Source: Batkoa obscura
Lineage: Eukaryota
Reading direction: 5' to 3'
Length of the DNA stretch: 64,000 nt
NCBI GenBank assembly: GCA_030770535.1
Contig: JASVEC010000015.1
Span: 310,001-374,000 of the forward strand
Shown here: one piece after another, positions 51,787 to 64,000 of the stretch
How the letters are laid out: every line of letters starts with the position of its first letter
Numbering within the stretch: position 1 is the stretch's first letter
Notes under the pieces: model-generated
Told to the model about the DNA's origin: nothing
Seen by the model: only the letters and a program-made list of their open reading frames with translations
Databases searched by the model: none
Program-made: the position numbers and the translations under genes

Positions 51787-52518
51787 GTATTATTTTTGAA
51801 GGCAAAAACTCAAAACATATATATCTATTTTAAACCTCATAACCATTGACTAGAAGAAGTTTATCTTAGAGCAGTCTTTTTGGTTATTATACCTAATGAA
51901 CAATTGCTGATAAAATCATTCCTATGATGTTGAATTTTTTCATTTTTATTTTCAAATCATTATCCTTTATTTCATGAAAGTTATAGGCCTTATGCAATAA
52001 AGTAGGTTATATTCTAAACTATAAACAATAATTGTCTATATTTGCCAGTGGTACTTTATGGCATCAAGTATTCAACCTGAGTTAGTTAAACCTAGGGAAC
52101 GATTTTTTCCCGGTCATGGCTTGTAAAGAAGTATTAGACACAAATGCCACAAAAGTTTTTTTAATTTTAGAATTGGCTTATGAATATCATTTTAGTTTGC
52201 CATCTATAAGAATGTTTCAGAAATAATCTCTTTTGAGCAAATCCACTAAGACGATGGTACAAAATTACTTATCATAGCAGCTATAGCCTTTAATTTTTTA
52301 GTCTAAAGGAGAAATTGCTTTGGAAATAATCTTATACCTTTTAATTTTTGTAGATACCATATCATGTAGAAAATAGACAAAATAATGAAACAAAATTCAT
52401 GTTAGCATATGATCTTGCAAGTTTAGACCCAAATCAGTGGAAAATTCATTTCGAGTTTTAACCAAGCTCTTTTGAGCTCACCTAGATATAAAAAATACGA
52501 AACTACAGAATAATATAT

Positions 52519-52592
52519 GAGGATGTGTTTTTGTGTCTAAGAATTTTACTAACAAATTTTCCACGCAAATAGCGCTTAAAAAAAACACTCCC
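52519..52592 (+). mobile_element. MITE copy with internal deletion
   Basis: Lacks the GGAAAAAGTAATGAAG block; TSD ATAT/ATAT. Confidence 0.8.
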
Positions 52593-53340
52593 ATATAGTA
52601 TAAAGTTAATAAAGCATTAACTAGCTATTATTTTTCCACCAGTCAAATCTTATACTACTAATATTGTTTTAGAGAAATAGTCTGACCTTAAAATCTTTAC
52701 TGAGCTATAGTCGTGCCATTCATTTTATTAATTTAGTTATATATACTTACGAGTAGAAATATAAAATAAATATATATGAAGGTCCAAGTTAAAAATTCCA
52801 AAAGAAATTATATCAGATAACTTTATTTTTAGGCTATTTTGTGAGCATTTCATTATTTAATACAAGCATTTAAACCCTGTGCTTATATTTAAAATATTAT
52901 TAAAACAGGTCAAATCTAAAAATACCTTGAATTAGCTTTATTGATGCCTAATGAAGGCCTGAAGATAAAGTTTTAAAGGTATAAAAAGTAATAATCTAAA
53001 TAAAAATAACTTTGTGTGTTGATGCTAAATACAACTGCTGCAACTTTATTGCAACTTATTTTGTGCTAATTTTTAGAGCCGATTGCTTGTTTGTTTTTAG
53101 AAAATTTCATTAGGCTCAATCATAATTTAGCAAAATTCTGCTTCTAAATGGATGGTTTGTTAAATCGCAATAGAGTTGCAACAACTATATTAAAAATAAA
53201 ATTTAATAAAAGGCATAAATGAAGGCTGAATTTATTAAAGATGAACAAATGTATTAAACCAATAAGGTTGAAATTTTCAAAAGTATATAAAACACAGATG
53301 GAAAACATCATATTAAGATAAAAAAATAAAAAAGAATAAG

Positions 53341-54862
53341 ATGAAAGAAATCGAGCGTTTAACACGTAAAAAATCTTTAAATCCGTCATTATTGGATATC
53401 GAGTTGGTAGAAATCCCAAAACTTCAGTATACCAAATATCATAAATTTTTTTATTTGATTCTGGCTTCTTCAACCGCTGTTTTACCACCTTTAAGTAGTA
53501 CGATTTATGTAAGCATTGAGTTAATAATAATATTAAAATATTTCTAAATTCTTACTTAGTTACCATCTCTTGTAGAAATTCAACATGAGCTTAATACAAA
53601 TGAAACAATGATGGATTTATCTATTGCTCTCTTTTTGGTTTTCTTAGCTGTGACTGTAAGATTTAATGTTTAATAGCGCTATAAATCAATACTGATATTA
53701 TTGTTACTTAGCCATTGATTTGGGGCAATTTGGCAGATTATTATGGTCGTAAAATAGTTTATGTTTCTTCTCTAATTATTTTCATTATTGGTATATTTTT
53801 ATTTTAAAGCCATTATCTAATTCATTAACACAGTAATGTGTAGGAAACATAGGACTACTTTTTAGCTCAAATATTTATATACTATTAATAATGAGAGTAA
53901 TACAAAGTATAGGATCAAGCTCCGGAAATGTGTGTGGGATAGGAACGATCAGTGATATCTATATTGAGGAAGAGCGTGGCTTTGCAATGGGAATATTTTT
54001 TCTAGGGGCAATGATAGGGCCTATTTTAGGGCCTATTTTGGGAGGGATATTATCAAAATATTTTAACTATAAATCAATATTCATCTTTCTAATTATTTAT
54101 GCCAGTATCATATTGATGTTAATTGTTTTCTTTTTAAAAGAAACAAACGTTCATGCTAAGCTTTATAAGGATAATCAGAAGGTGAAAGATAGTAGAAAAC
54201 ATACATTTAAAATATTTAAATTTTTCCAGTTTATGAATTTTATTATTATAGTATTAATTATGCTTTATAATGGAATTAATTTTGCAACATATATGTTATT
54301 AGAGACAAGTCACCCACTTATAATGACTCAAAAGTTTGATATGAATAGTTTCGATATAGGACTATCACTTATACCAATTGGATGTGGTAACATAGTAGGC
54401 AGTATGGTAGTTGGCAAATTGAGTGATAAAATAAAAATCACTGATGAGAACAATAATACTGTAAAACACGAAAATAAATTCAAGATAATAATAGTAACTG
54501 GAGTAATAATTATATTAAACTATTTACTGTACTGTCTATTATTTAATGGTATTAATTCCATCTATATATTATTGGTGTTTCACTTCTTTATTGGATTTTC
54601 AAGCATAAGTATAATGATCATTACTTCAACATATTTAATTAATCTATTTCCCTCAAACTCGTCTTTAGTTTCTGCTTGTGCTAATTTTTTTCGGTACCTA
54701 TTAGCAGCCATTTTATCATCTTTCTCATCCACTTTATTGCGTCTATTGAATGTTCAAGGTTTATTTTTGCTCTTCACTATTCTAGTAGTATTCGGCTATT
54801 TAATTGGTTTATTTATATTCTTTTTTGGAATGAAAATTCGATATGTAAAATTGTTTAAATAA
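53341..54862 (+). CDS. MFS transporter, DHA1 (Qdr/Dtr1-like) drug:H+ antiporter family, 4 exons
   Basis: PLSSTIY|LPSL, PLIWGNLADYYGRK (motif A), GTISDIY..EERG.AMG, GPILGPILGG. Confidence 0.92.
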
Positions 54863-54910
54863 AGATTTATTACTATTGAAATAATATTATAAAATTCCAT
54901 TTTTGTTAAA

Positions 54911-56416
54911 ATGATGAAAAAAGTAATAAAATAACAACTAAATAATATAATATTAAATTTGAATAGAGGAGAGTTACTGAAAGGATAGCTTTAAGCAATG
55001 CTAATATGATACCTTTGAATTCTGGCGAAAAAAAAGAGACTATATTAAAAGGAGAACCAAGAAAATATACTGTAAGTGTAGCAATACCTGGGTCAATAGT
55101 CGCAAATGCTCAATCCCAAGAGTTGAGAACTTATTTAGTTGGACAAGTAAAGAATAATAAGGATAGATAAATAAATAAGTGAACTTTATATAAAATAGAT
55201 AGCAAGAGCATTAGTAGTATTTAACGTGGATGAAGTAGTGGTATATAACGACAACTTAAGCCCTATTGAAGCACAAAATGCATACAAAGAAGTAGCAAGC
55301 GACTTATCGGGCACTTTTGAGCCAGCAAACAACATACAAAATCCGGATCTATTTATGGCCCGTGTTTTACAGTATCTGGAAACTCCACAGTAAGCCTTAA
55401 ACTATAAAGAAATTAATAATACTAAATTACATTGCATAAAGATATTTAAGAAAACAGTTGTTTCCTATTCATAAAGATTTGCAATTTGCTGGTAAATATT
55501 AGTATTGTTTAATACGCTTGGTTATTTAGCAAGTTATTAGGATTATTAAATCCACTAGATTGCCCACACCATTTAAGATCAAGCGAAATTTCTCGCTTTA
55601 GAGAAGGTATCATATTGAATAAGCCAATCAAACAAAACAAGGGCTCTTTTGCTTATTGTGGTTTAAAAAAAGTAATAAATAGTAATAGTGTGTATTATAC
55701 GCTAATAATCTAAGGAATTATCGCTTGATAAAAGTATTAAGCCAGGGACTCGTGTAACTGTAGAAATTGATGAACAAGACAGAGATTGTAAAATAATAAC
55801 ATAAAATTAATAAGTAAATAATATCTTTAAATAGTCAATGCTATCAAATCAAGTTATATTCGTGGAAAAGTAGTAAGCTATAAAAAACCACGTGAAGAAG
55901 ATGGTATTTATTGGGGTTATCAAGTGCGCCATGCTAGCAATTTATCGAATGTTTTCGATCAATCTCCATATAAAGTAAAAATTATTATTATAATTAATGC
56001 TATTTTATTAATAATTTAAAGGGCGGTTATGACTTAAAGATTGGTACTTCAGAAAGAGGAGAATCTATTGATAGTTTTCATTCTAAAATGCCCGAATTTA
56101 AGTAATTAATGATACTAAATATAGTTAAATATATTAATGAGTGGTCAGCCATCTAATTATAGTGTTTGGTGGTGTAGCAGGTATCGAGGCAGCTGTTGAT
56201 GCAGATCAAAGTTTACAAATTGCTGGAGATGAAGCTTCTTCTCTTTTTGATTTTTGGATAAATACTTGTCCTTCTCAAGGATCTAGAACTATTCGTACTG
56301 AGGTAATATCGTTTCTATCATTGATATTTGTAATACTTACTTTTTTGCAGGAAGCTATTCTTGTCACTATTTCAGCATTAAGACCATCTATAGAATCTAA
56401 GGGTAAAAAGGTATGA
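54911..56416 (+). CDS. SPOUT1: SPOUT-family RNA methyltransferase (C9orf114/SPOUT1-like), many exons
   Basis: TVSVAIPGSIVANAQSQELRTYLVGQ, LQYLETPQYLRK, LNPLDCPHHL, YWGYQVR, IGTSERG, NTCPSQGSRTIRTEEA. Confidence 0.93.
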
Positions 56417-56686
56417 AATATAGAAATTATGAATAGAAAAATAATAAAAGCAAAAAACTAAACACCAAAAGTACAAATTTATTATTTATATTTTTAAATA
56501 AAACTTTTAATCTATTATTTTAAGTTAAATATGTATTTTTTTATAGCTTATTTTTTTTACTAATGTTAATGATGATTATTCTAATAACAGGGAATGAAAG
56601 AAATTAACCAATCAATTTATGATTAGTTTTATCATACCAAATTATAGATAAACTCAATATACTGATAGTGCAAAATCTCTATCTTT

Positions 56687-57611
56687 TCAATAAGGGGCAT
56701 AATGGATAGGTGGACGGCGAGATCTAGTATTAAATTAGCATTTTTGGACTCTAGACTATATTTTTAACTACCTATTTCCTCTACCACGTCCACCACGTCC
56801 TCCACGTCCACCGCGTCCACGTCCACGTCCTCCACGAATGTGATTACTTTTACCACGGTTAGACCCCATTCCAGGTAAGTTGGTACGTTTATTAAGTACC
56901 TAAGATTACATTTAATGATATAAAAATAAATAACAAAATCTATACCTTGATCTGACGACCATTAAGCACGGAATCATTTAAAACTAAAGCATTGGCAACT
57001 AAAGAAGCATCTGAAAATTCAATATAACCAAAGCTAAATTATTAGTAAGTTTTCAAAAATTATATAACAAAAATACCCTTTTGGTTGTTGAGTGACTTTA
57101 TCGCAAATAATGGTAACTCTATTGATGTTACCGCAAGATACGAAATGCTCCTGTAATTTGTCTGGGGTAACAGTATAATCCACCTTTAATTTTATTCAAT
57201 GTTAATTTATTAACTCATATGTAAAGCTTACGTTCCCAACGTAAATGGATCTTGAATCAATTTCTGCTTTTTCTAAATGAAGTTTAATAAATTTAAATAT
57301 TAATTGATAAAGATAATACCTTCTTCAGTCAAATACATTATTTCACCTTCAAAATTTTCATGCAGATTTTTTAGTCTAGCCGCTTCCTCTTCCATCTCTT
57401 TCACTCTCTGTTTCATGGCTTCAAGTTCCTTTAAAAAACTAATTTATTTTAAACCCCATAATCAAATTTCAAATATTACTTCTGCAGTTTCAAGCGATCT
57501 TGTTGAGTCCAAATCATTAGCTTGGTTTCCATTTTGTCCTGCACTTTCACTTATTTTCATTTCACTATTATTAGTGTTTAATTCATTATCGTTATTTCCT
57601 TGGCTAGCCAT
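56687..57611 (-). CDS. PABPN1: Nuclear poly(A)-binding protein (PABPN1/Pab2/Sgn1), multi-exon
   Basis: [19 protein letters not shown] coiled coil; [15 protein letters not shown]...NRVTI.CDK...PKGFGYIEF; KRTNLPG; RGG repeats; ends YAPY*. Confidence 0.95.
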
Positions 57612-57957
57612 TTTTTATAGTTACTGATTCAAGCTTATATATTAAACTCTTCTTCCAATCCTTTATAAAAGTAAAATTCAAGATAAAATTAATATTTTTC
57701 AATACTTAATTTCTAATTACGACTTTGCTCATTCATGATTTAATTTAAAATGGTAAATAGTTTAGTCTATTATAGATATATTTTGATTTTCATTGGCCAC
57801 GATAGTCTATGATAGCCAATAGCTGCAAGAAAGTGCCTGCAAAACAACTTTTAAAAAGCTCACCATTGCAAAAATATTGGGATTAGAATTATGGGTAATG
57901 ATAGTTTTTAAATCCAATCTAAAAATAATCAAATTTTCAAATATCTAATTCTACATA

Positions 57958-58716
57958 ATGTATCATGGCAAACACTTAAAAAAATTGGGTCGGAAGACGA
58001 CTCAACATCGAATGGACATGTTAAAGAATATGGTAACCTCTTTGATCAAAAATGACCGTATTGAAACCACTTGGGTTAAGGCAAAGTCAATGCAACGTTT
58101 GGCGGATAAGGTAACTAATATGATAAGCTAAAAGAGATAATTATTAATCTTTAGATGGTAACACATATTAAAAAAAACAGCTTACATTCCGAAAACTTAT
58201 GCAAAGATTTTGTTAGAGTAAGCAAAATAAAACTTCATAACTTATTATTAACATTAGCATTAGGAACATGATATAACTATCCCTAAATTAAAAGAATTAG
58301 CTGAAAGATTTAAAGAAAGAGATGGTGGATATACAAGGGTATTTAAAAACGGAAACAGACATGGAGATAACGCACCTATGGGTATCATTGAATACATAGG
58401 AGGTGAGAATGACCTCAAAGCATTTATGACTGTTAAAGCCGAAGCTCGTCGTCGTGTAGAAAAAGAAGAAAAAAACTTCAGAAGTTCCAAAGAGATCCAC
58501 GAATTTTTACTGGCTTGTAAAGAGAAGGGTAATTCATTAGATAAAAAAGAGTTTTTAAGAATTAAAAATCAACAAAAAGCTATGTTGGCTTTTGAAAGAC
58601 GTATTGAAAAGGTTAAAGACTCTCTTAAGTTGGACGATAAAGCTTGGGAAGCAAAAATTGCTGAAGAAATGGAACTTCTTACCAAAAAGGCTAGTGAATT
58701 AAAAATTTCTCAATAA
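57958..58716 (+). CDS. MRPL17: Mitochondrial ribosomal protein bL17m, 3 exons
   Basis: [56 protein letters not shown]...[12 protein letters not shown]. Confidence 0.93.
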
Positions 58717-58947
58717 ATAGAATTCAATTTTAGAAATAAAACATAAACTTATTTTTGTTAGATTCTAAAGTCTTTATATTTTTATACCTTTAAAATAACC
58801 TTGCATAGTATAACTTTATTAACTTGTATAATACACGTTCTTAAAAGATTTATTAATAAAAGGATGGAGGGTATAGTATAAGAGGTCAGAAAGGTTAAAC
58901 AATAATAGAGTTCTATAGAAAATAAAGCAGTTTAAATTAATTTCTAT

Positions 58948-59664
58948 TTAATCACGGACACCGAATATAGCTTTTAAATTACTTGGATCGCTAGTGCTCA
59001 TTCTCTTGTTTCTAACATATTTTGCACGTGAGCTATAAATTTATATTAGATTCAATTCAAATCATTGAACATATATACTTACTGTAATCTAACATTAGTG
59101 GTAGTGATTGTTACTGATTTTCTACTATCAGTACTAGTTTCATCATCTGAGCTTTTTTTCTCTTTTTTCGATTTCTTCTCTTTTTTACTCTCTTTAGTTT
59201 TTTTGTCATCACTTTTCTCTTTCTTGGTTTTTTTTTCTTTCTTTTCTTTTTTCTCTTTCTTTTCTTTCTTTGGTTTGATTTCATTTCTTACCTCTTCCTC
59301 CTCTTTATCATCTTGTTTTTCAGTCTGTCCAGCGTTAAGCTTAGCTAAAAGCTGAGAGAATCCAGATGTATTTTCAATCCAATTATCCTCTGTCTTAGCA
59401 TCAGCTCCAAGCCCACGCTGATCTATCTTAACAGATGTTTTAATATGAACCTTTGAACCATCTTCATTTAAGCCCAACCCATTTCCCGGCGTCCACCCCA
59501 TCTTTTCTAGCATTTTGAAACCAAAGCGAGAGGTGTCTTTAAAATGAAACCAGATTAGTTCGATTTATATTTGTTTTTTACATGGTGTACTTACTTTGAC
59601 TCCATGTTGTGTTTTGTGGATCTTCACCAATGCGTTGCTTTTTGCGTGGTTCAGAAAGGCCCAT
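58948..59664 (-). CDS. PXR1: PINX1/Pxr1 G-patch nucleolar protein (short form), 3 exons
   Basis: MGLSEPRKKQRIGEDPQNTTWS..SRFGFKMLEKMGWTPGNGLG...KIDQRGLG; KKE-rich tract. Confidence 0.92.
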
Positions 59665-60542
59665 ATTTTATACTTTACTTTAAGTAAAAGAAAGCTTTTG
59701 AAATTTTGAGCTTAATTTTTATGCTCGGGTTTTAACGGCTTAGTAATTTTAAATTTTATTAAATTCTTATTTAATATAAACAAATCATTAAATAAAAATA
59801 CTAATGTTTTGTACTGGATATAGAGAATGTATAAAACATCCTGTAATTACAAATAGAATATTAAAAGCTATAAAGCAATTACAAGTAGATAATATAAAAG
59901 ATAAAATAAAGTCTATAAATGTTTTATACAAAGTAAAATTTAAGCAATGGTAATAAGACACTTTAAATCATAAAAGCGTTAGAATAATACCCTAAAACCT
60001 TTTGTTATTGCTACAATATATTATATTGATCTATATAAAGATAGCTATTATACCAATTACATTAAATATAACCTTGGTAAAAGTAGTAGAAGCAGTTTAA
60101 AGACCTTCATTAAAGTAAAATGAAAAAGTGATAGATAATTAACTGTATAAAAATTAATTCAAAAAGCTAATGTGACAAAGAAATGCTAGTTAAAAAGTTG
60201 CGACTTATTTTAACTTTCAACGTTTTGTTTGCTGTTTAAGCTTAAAATTAATATTTAAATTCTATTTAAAAATACTCATTTAAAGCAATTTTAAGCTTTA
60301 GTTTTAGTTTTAAAAATATGGGGTAGATTTTGTATTTTTTTGATTTTTTTGTATGATTAACCCCACTTGAGTACCACAGACAAACATTGCTCGCACGACT
60401 TAAATCAATTAACCCTTTAGGTATTGAGTTTTAAAAAAACTAATTTAATCAGCATAAAATCAATAGGAAATCGTGACTCAATCAAACAAAAATTTTTTGA
60501 GACTTTCGGTACTCGAAGAGCTATTTTTTAAATTTTACTATT

Positions 60543-60639
60543 GAGGATGTTTTTTTGGCTTCATTACTTTTCCCATCTTTCAAGCGCTATTTGTGTGGAA
60601 AAATTGTTAGTAAAATTCTTAAATACAAAAATACATCCC
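60543..60639 (-). mobile_element. MITE copy
   Basis: Reverse-orientation consensus match. Confidence 0.85.
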
Positions 60640-60677
60640 AATTACAGAACTGTTAGATTTAAAATTAGTTAATATAT

Positions 60678-60775
60678 GAGGCTGTTTTTTTTAGTTTCAT
60701 TATTTTTCCATTTTTTAAGTGCTATTTATGTGGAAAAATTGTCAGTAAAATTCTTAAATACAAAAATACATCCCC
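60678..60775 (-). mobile_element. MITE copy
   Basis: Consensus match; TSD ATAT/ATAT. Confidence 0.88.
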
Positions 60776-61830
60776 ATATATATAATGATCAAATAATTCA
60801 ATTGTAAATTAATTATGAATTGTAGACTTATTGTTCTAACTATTAATAATAAAAAATCCTAAATAGATAAATACACATTTGATAGTTTTATTAAATTTAT
60901 ACCCAATATTTCTTTTAATAAAATATAAATCCATCAGTTATAGTTTAATCTATTTCTAAAAAGAACTTTAAACAATTGTTTTAATTTCTATAATTTTATC
61001 TATTATGAGATTGTATAGTTTAGATGATATGGGGTAGACACAACGTTAGTCATTTGTAAAATCTGTTACCAAAGGCATTGTCCAAAATTTCTATTCTGTA
61101 TCCTCAAATACTATTTGGCTAGATATGAAACCCACCTTTTTATAAACCGGCCTTATGCTCTTAAAATATTTCAAAAGTTGGAAAGCTAATACTGAAACTC
61201 TTTATTTCCACAAAATTTATTCATATTTGTGCTCAATTACCTTACAGCATTTTTATGAACACAACTGACTAACAAAAGCAACTGTGAATACTATTTTTGA
61301 AAATTAATTTTACATTACAACTATAAAATTAAATATATATAAGTGTAACTCCCGCCTTTAAAATAACCGTTTACAAGCTGTTGCCATACTGTGCAATAAA
61401 AAATAACCAGTGAAATTAGCTAATTAAAATGATTACAAATTTAAAATAAATGGCCTAGACCTTTTAATTTAATGACCTTCAAATATTATTTGAACTTTTT
61501 TATGCAAAATTTAAGCACACAAACTAACGCTTTTAGTTTAAATTAAAGCTTACAATCTATAGTCAAATAAAATTCTAAATCTGTTGGACACAACATCTAG
61601 TTTAGTTTATCGATTTATTCTGGAGTCTAAAAGATTAGAATGTATCATTCATAATAATTTACCGTATTTGATTAAATCAATGGCATGATGTCGTATTGTC
61701 TAAATAAAAGCAAATGAAGATACGCTATGATAAAAAGTAATGATTAAAAATTTACAAAATCCTAGAGAAAGGGATTAGTTAAATTTAAAAAGATGTTTAT
61801 TTATATATATAAGGAAGATGAAGGGTTCAT

Positions 61831-62844
61831 TTAAATGACTCTTTTAACTAAAGGTGGTGCTATGAAAAAATCATATACAATAATACCAAAGATAGCTCCA
61901 AAAAAAGGTGCAATCAATGGTACCCAAAAATAATGATTTGCTGCAGTGAATGGCTCTGTGCCCCAGCCTGCTGCCATCGTAAATAATCTTGGCCCCATAT
62001 CTCTGGCTGGATTTAAAGCAAATCCAGTTAACCAACCAGTACTAAAACTAATAGCACCTATTGTAAACCCACATGCAATAGGAGCTAACCAAGAAGGAGT
62101 GCCATGTCTCTCATCATTAATACCAAGAATCCCGAGGATTAAGAAAGTGGTACTTAACATTTCAATAAAAAACGCATTTGCAATGGTTACGTTTGGGGCT
62201 GGATACGTAGCAAAGATTCCGGCAGTAGCAAGGTTTCCACTGGTGGCTCTAATACCACCGTCAAATAGATCAATGGCAGGATAATTAAATAACATAACTA
62301 AACAAGCTCCGCAAAAGGCTCCGAATAGTTGAGCAAACATATAACCAGGGACCTTTTTCCAAGGAAAACCTCTTAAAAGAGCATTTGCTAAAGTAATAGC
62401 AGGGTTCACATGAGCTCCAGAAACAGGACTAGCAATAAAAACAGCTAACATCAAAGCAAAAGCAAAACCTAATGAAATGATAATTGCTCCAGAACCTTTA
62501 GCATTAGCGTTGGTTACTGCAAGTGCAACTGCACCATCACCAAAAGTAACCAAAATTAAAGTGCCCAAAAACTCAGCAAAATATTCTCTCAAATTATAAC
62601 GAAATCTGCCATAGGCACTTAACTTAGCCAAGTCAAAGTCAGCTCCATTTTCAACGCGGGTAGTATCACTGTATTGGTGTCGATATTCCTGTTTAATGCC
62701 AGTATCGTGGACTTGATAACGATTTAAAGAATTATTATCAATTGAAGCTCTTTCATTTGGCACAATAGCATTGCTAGTAGGGAAGACTACTGGATTTTCA
62801 AAATTTCCACCAAGTCCAGCGGTATTTTTATTAACTGTGGCCAT
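61831..62844 (-). CDS. Aquaglyceroporin (MIP family)
   Basis: EFLGT, SGAHVNPAIT, GIFATYP and second motif ALNPARD (Asp typical of glyceroporins); intronless. Confidence 0.95.
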   Translation of the reverse strand: MATVNKNTAGLGGNFENPVVFPTSNAIVPNERASIDNNSLNRYQVHDTGIKQEYRHQYSDTTRVENGADFDLAKLSAYGRFRYNLREYFAEFLGTLILVTFGDGAVALAVTNANAKGSGAIIISLGFAFALMLAVFIASPVSGAHVNPAITLANALLRGFPWKKVPGYMFAQLFGAFCGACLVMLFNYPAIDLFDGGIRATSGNLATAGIFATYPAPNVTIANAFFIEMLSTTFLILGILGINDERHGTPSWLAPIACGFTIGAISFSTGWLTGFALNPARDMGPRLFTMAAGWGTEPFTAANHYFWVPLIAPFFGAIFGIIVYDFFIAPPLVKRVI

Positions 62845-64000
62845 ATTTTATTAAAACAAAATAATTTTATTTGGAAGTTAATAGATAATAGATTTATTTA
62901 TATACTTTTTTATTAAAAAAATTAATATGCGATCTGCGTAATTTAAGAATTGGTTAAGTAAATATTCTACTTAAATTATAGCACCGTTTTAAAATGTTTT
63001 GCAAATGAATTTCCCAGCTTTTTTTTAAAGAAAAATCGCATAATGTAAAACTTAATACGTACTTTTATGTATTCTGAAAAGGCCATAAATTGAGGCTTTC
63101 AAAAATAATAGTTTTATTATGTAGAAAACTCTAAAACTTAAAGCTTTATATAGACTTTAACTTCAATATATTTAATATAATACCATATTTTACACTATTG
63201 CCACTAAAGTCGTTTTTACAGAGAATTTTTCGATATTAATAAATGGTGGAAATATACTCATGTATGAATAGATAACTTGATCAACCGATCAACCACCGTT
63301 AAATCCAAAGGAAATACAAAACAAAGCCCAAAATTGGGGTGGAAATAACAAAGTTTTCCAAATAAGATATATTTAGATAATTAAAATTTTTAAAGAATTT
63401 GGGTTTTTATTTGATGTTATTTAAGATGTTCAAGACATTAAAAGCATAATCTAAAGGTGTACTTGTTTAAAATAAAAATAAAATATTGATTTTGGATTTC
63501 AGATTTCAGATTTCAACTTTATTACAGTTAATTATTATAAACTAGATTCTTTAAACCCAACTGATTCGAATAAAGTGGGGTGAAGGCTAAAATTTTAAGA
63601 ATATAAAAATATCTTTTGCAGTCATATAGTATACTTTACCACGTTCACCCCATATTCCTTAATATATTTTTGTTTTCAATCACTTTATAAGATATTAAAT
63701 AATACTATTTTTTGTATAGTTTTACTTATGATTTCATCATTTTAAAAATAAAAGATTAAATTTAGATAAATTTTGTATGAATTTGTTTTATATGCTTTAA
63801 TGTTTGAAATTAGTGATATTTAATCCGAATTTTTGATAAAATATTTACCTCCGAATTTTTGCAGTTAAATTAAACTATACTAAAAGTTACATTAGCTTGA
63901 CATTTGTTTTTGCTTTAATGATGTGGTGGGGATATAAAAAAAATACTGGGATTGAGGGGTTTTAGTTTTAGTGTGTTAGATTCCTTGCACTAATTTGTTG

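Noticed and set aside
51860..52480. Possible fungal transcription-factor pseudogene (NHYPLFHE-like peptide)
   Set aside because: One short motif among many stops; not enough to support a call.
54911..59664. Functional cluster of RNA-metabolism genes (SPOUT1, PABPN1, L17, PXR1)
   Set aside because: Unrelated pathways and compartments; adjacency is plausible by chance without synteny evidence.

Overview
AT-rich eukaryotic genomic DNA with short (mostly ~40-65 nt) GT-AG introns. The gene content suggests an early-diverging fungus, possibly Entomophthoromycotina (Conidiobolus-like); this is an inference. About 25 protein-coding genes are recognisable: class A-like GPCR, PP2A scaffold subunit A, ABC1/UbiB kinase, STEEP1, GH5 glucosylceramidase-like enzyme, RSPRY1, ING-family PHD protein, rhodanese-like/SAM methyltransferase, Nudix hydrolase, GPATCH11, ZIP transporter, a protein with a USPL1-type zinc ribbon, two Ecl1-like paralogues, a DDB1/Mms1-type propeller protein, an O-fucosyltransferase-like gene split by an in-frame TGA, two secreted proteins, an MFS transporter, SPOUT1, PABPN1, mitochondrial L17, PINX1/Pxr1 and an aquaglyceroporin. 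There are also two identical tRNA-Leu(UAA) genes. The most notable structure is an apparently intact 2.45-kb Sola-like DDD DNA transposon (19044-21498). It has GGGG...CCCC terminal inverted repeats (TIRs) and a ~160-nt multi-hairpin directly after the transposase stop codon. About 20 copies of a ~97-bp MITE share its end sequence and often have 4-bp AWWT target-site duplications (TSDs). Also present are three decayed copies of an unknown intron-containing gene, a degenerate 69-bp tandem array, two LTR-like fragments and a LINE-like relic. All family assignments come from motif recognition by eye; no searches were run.
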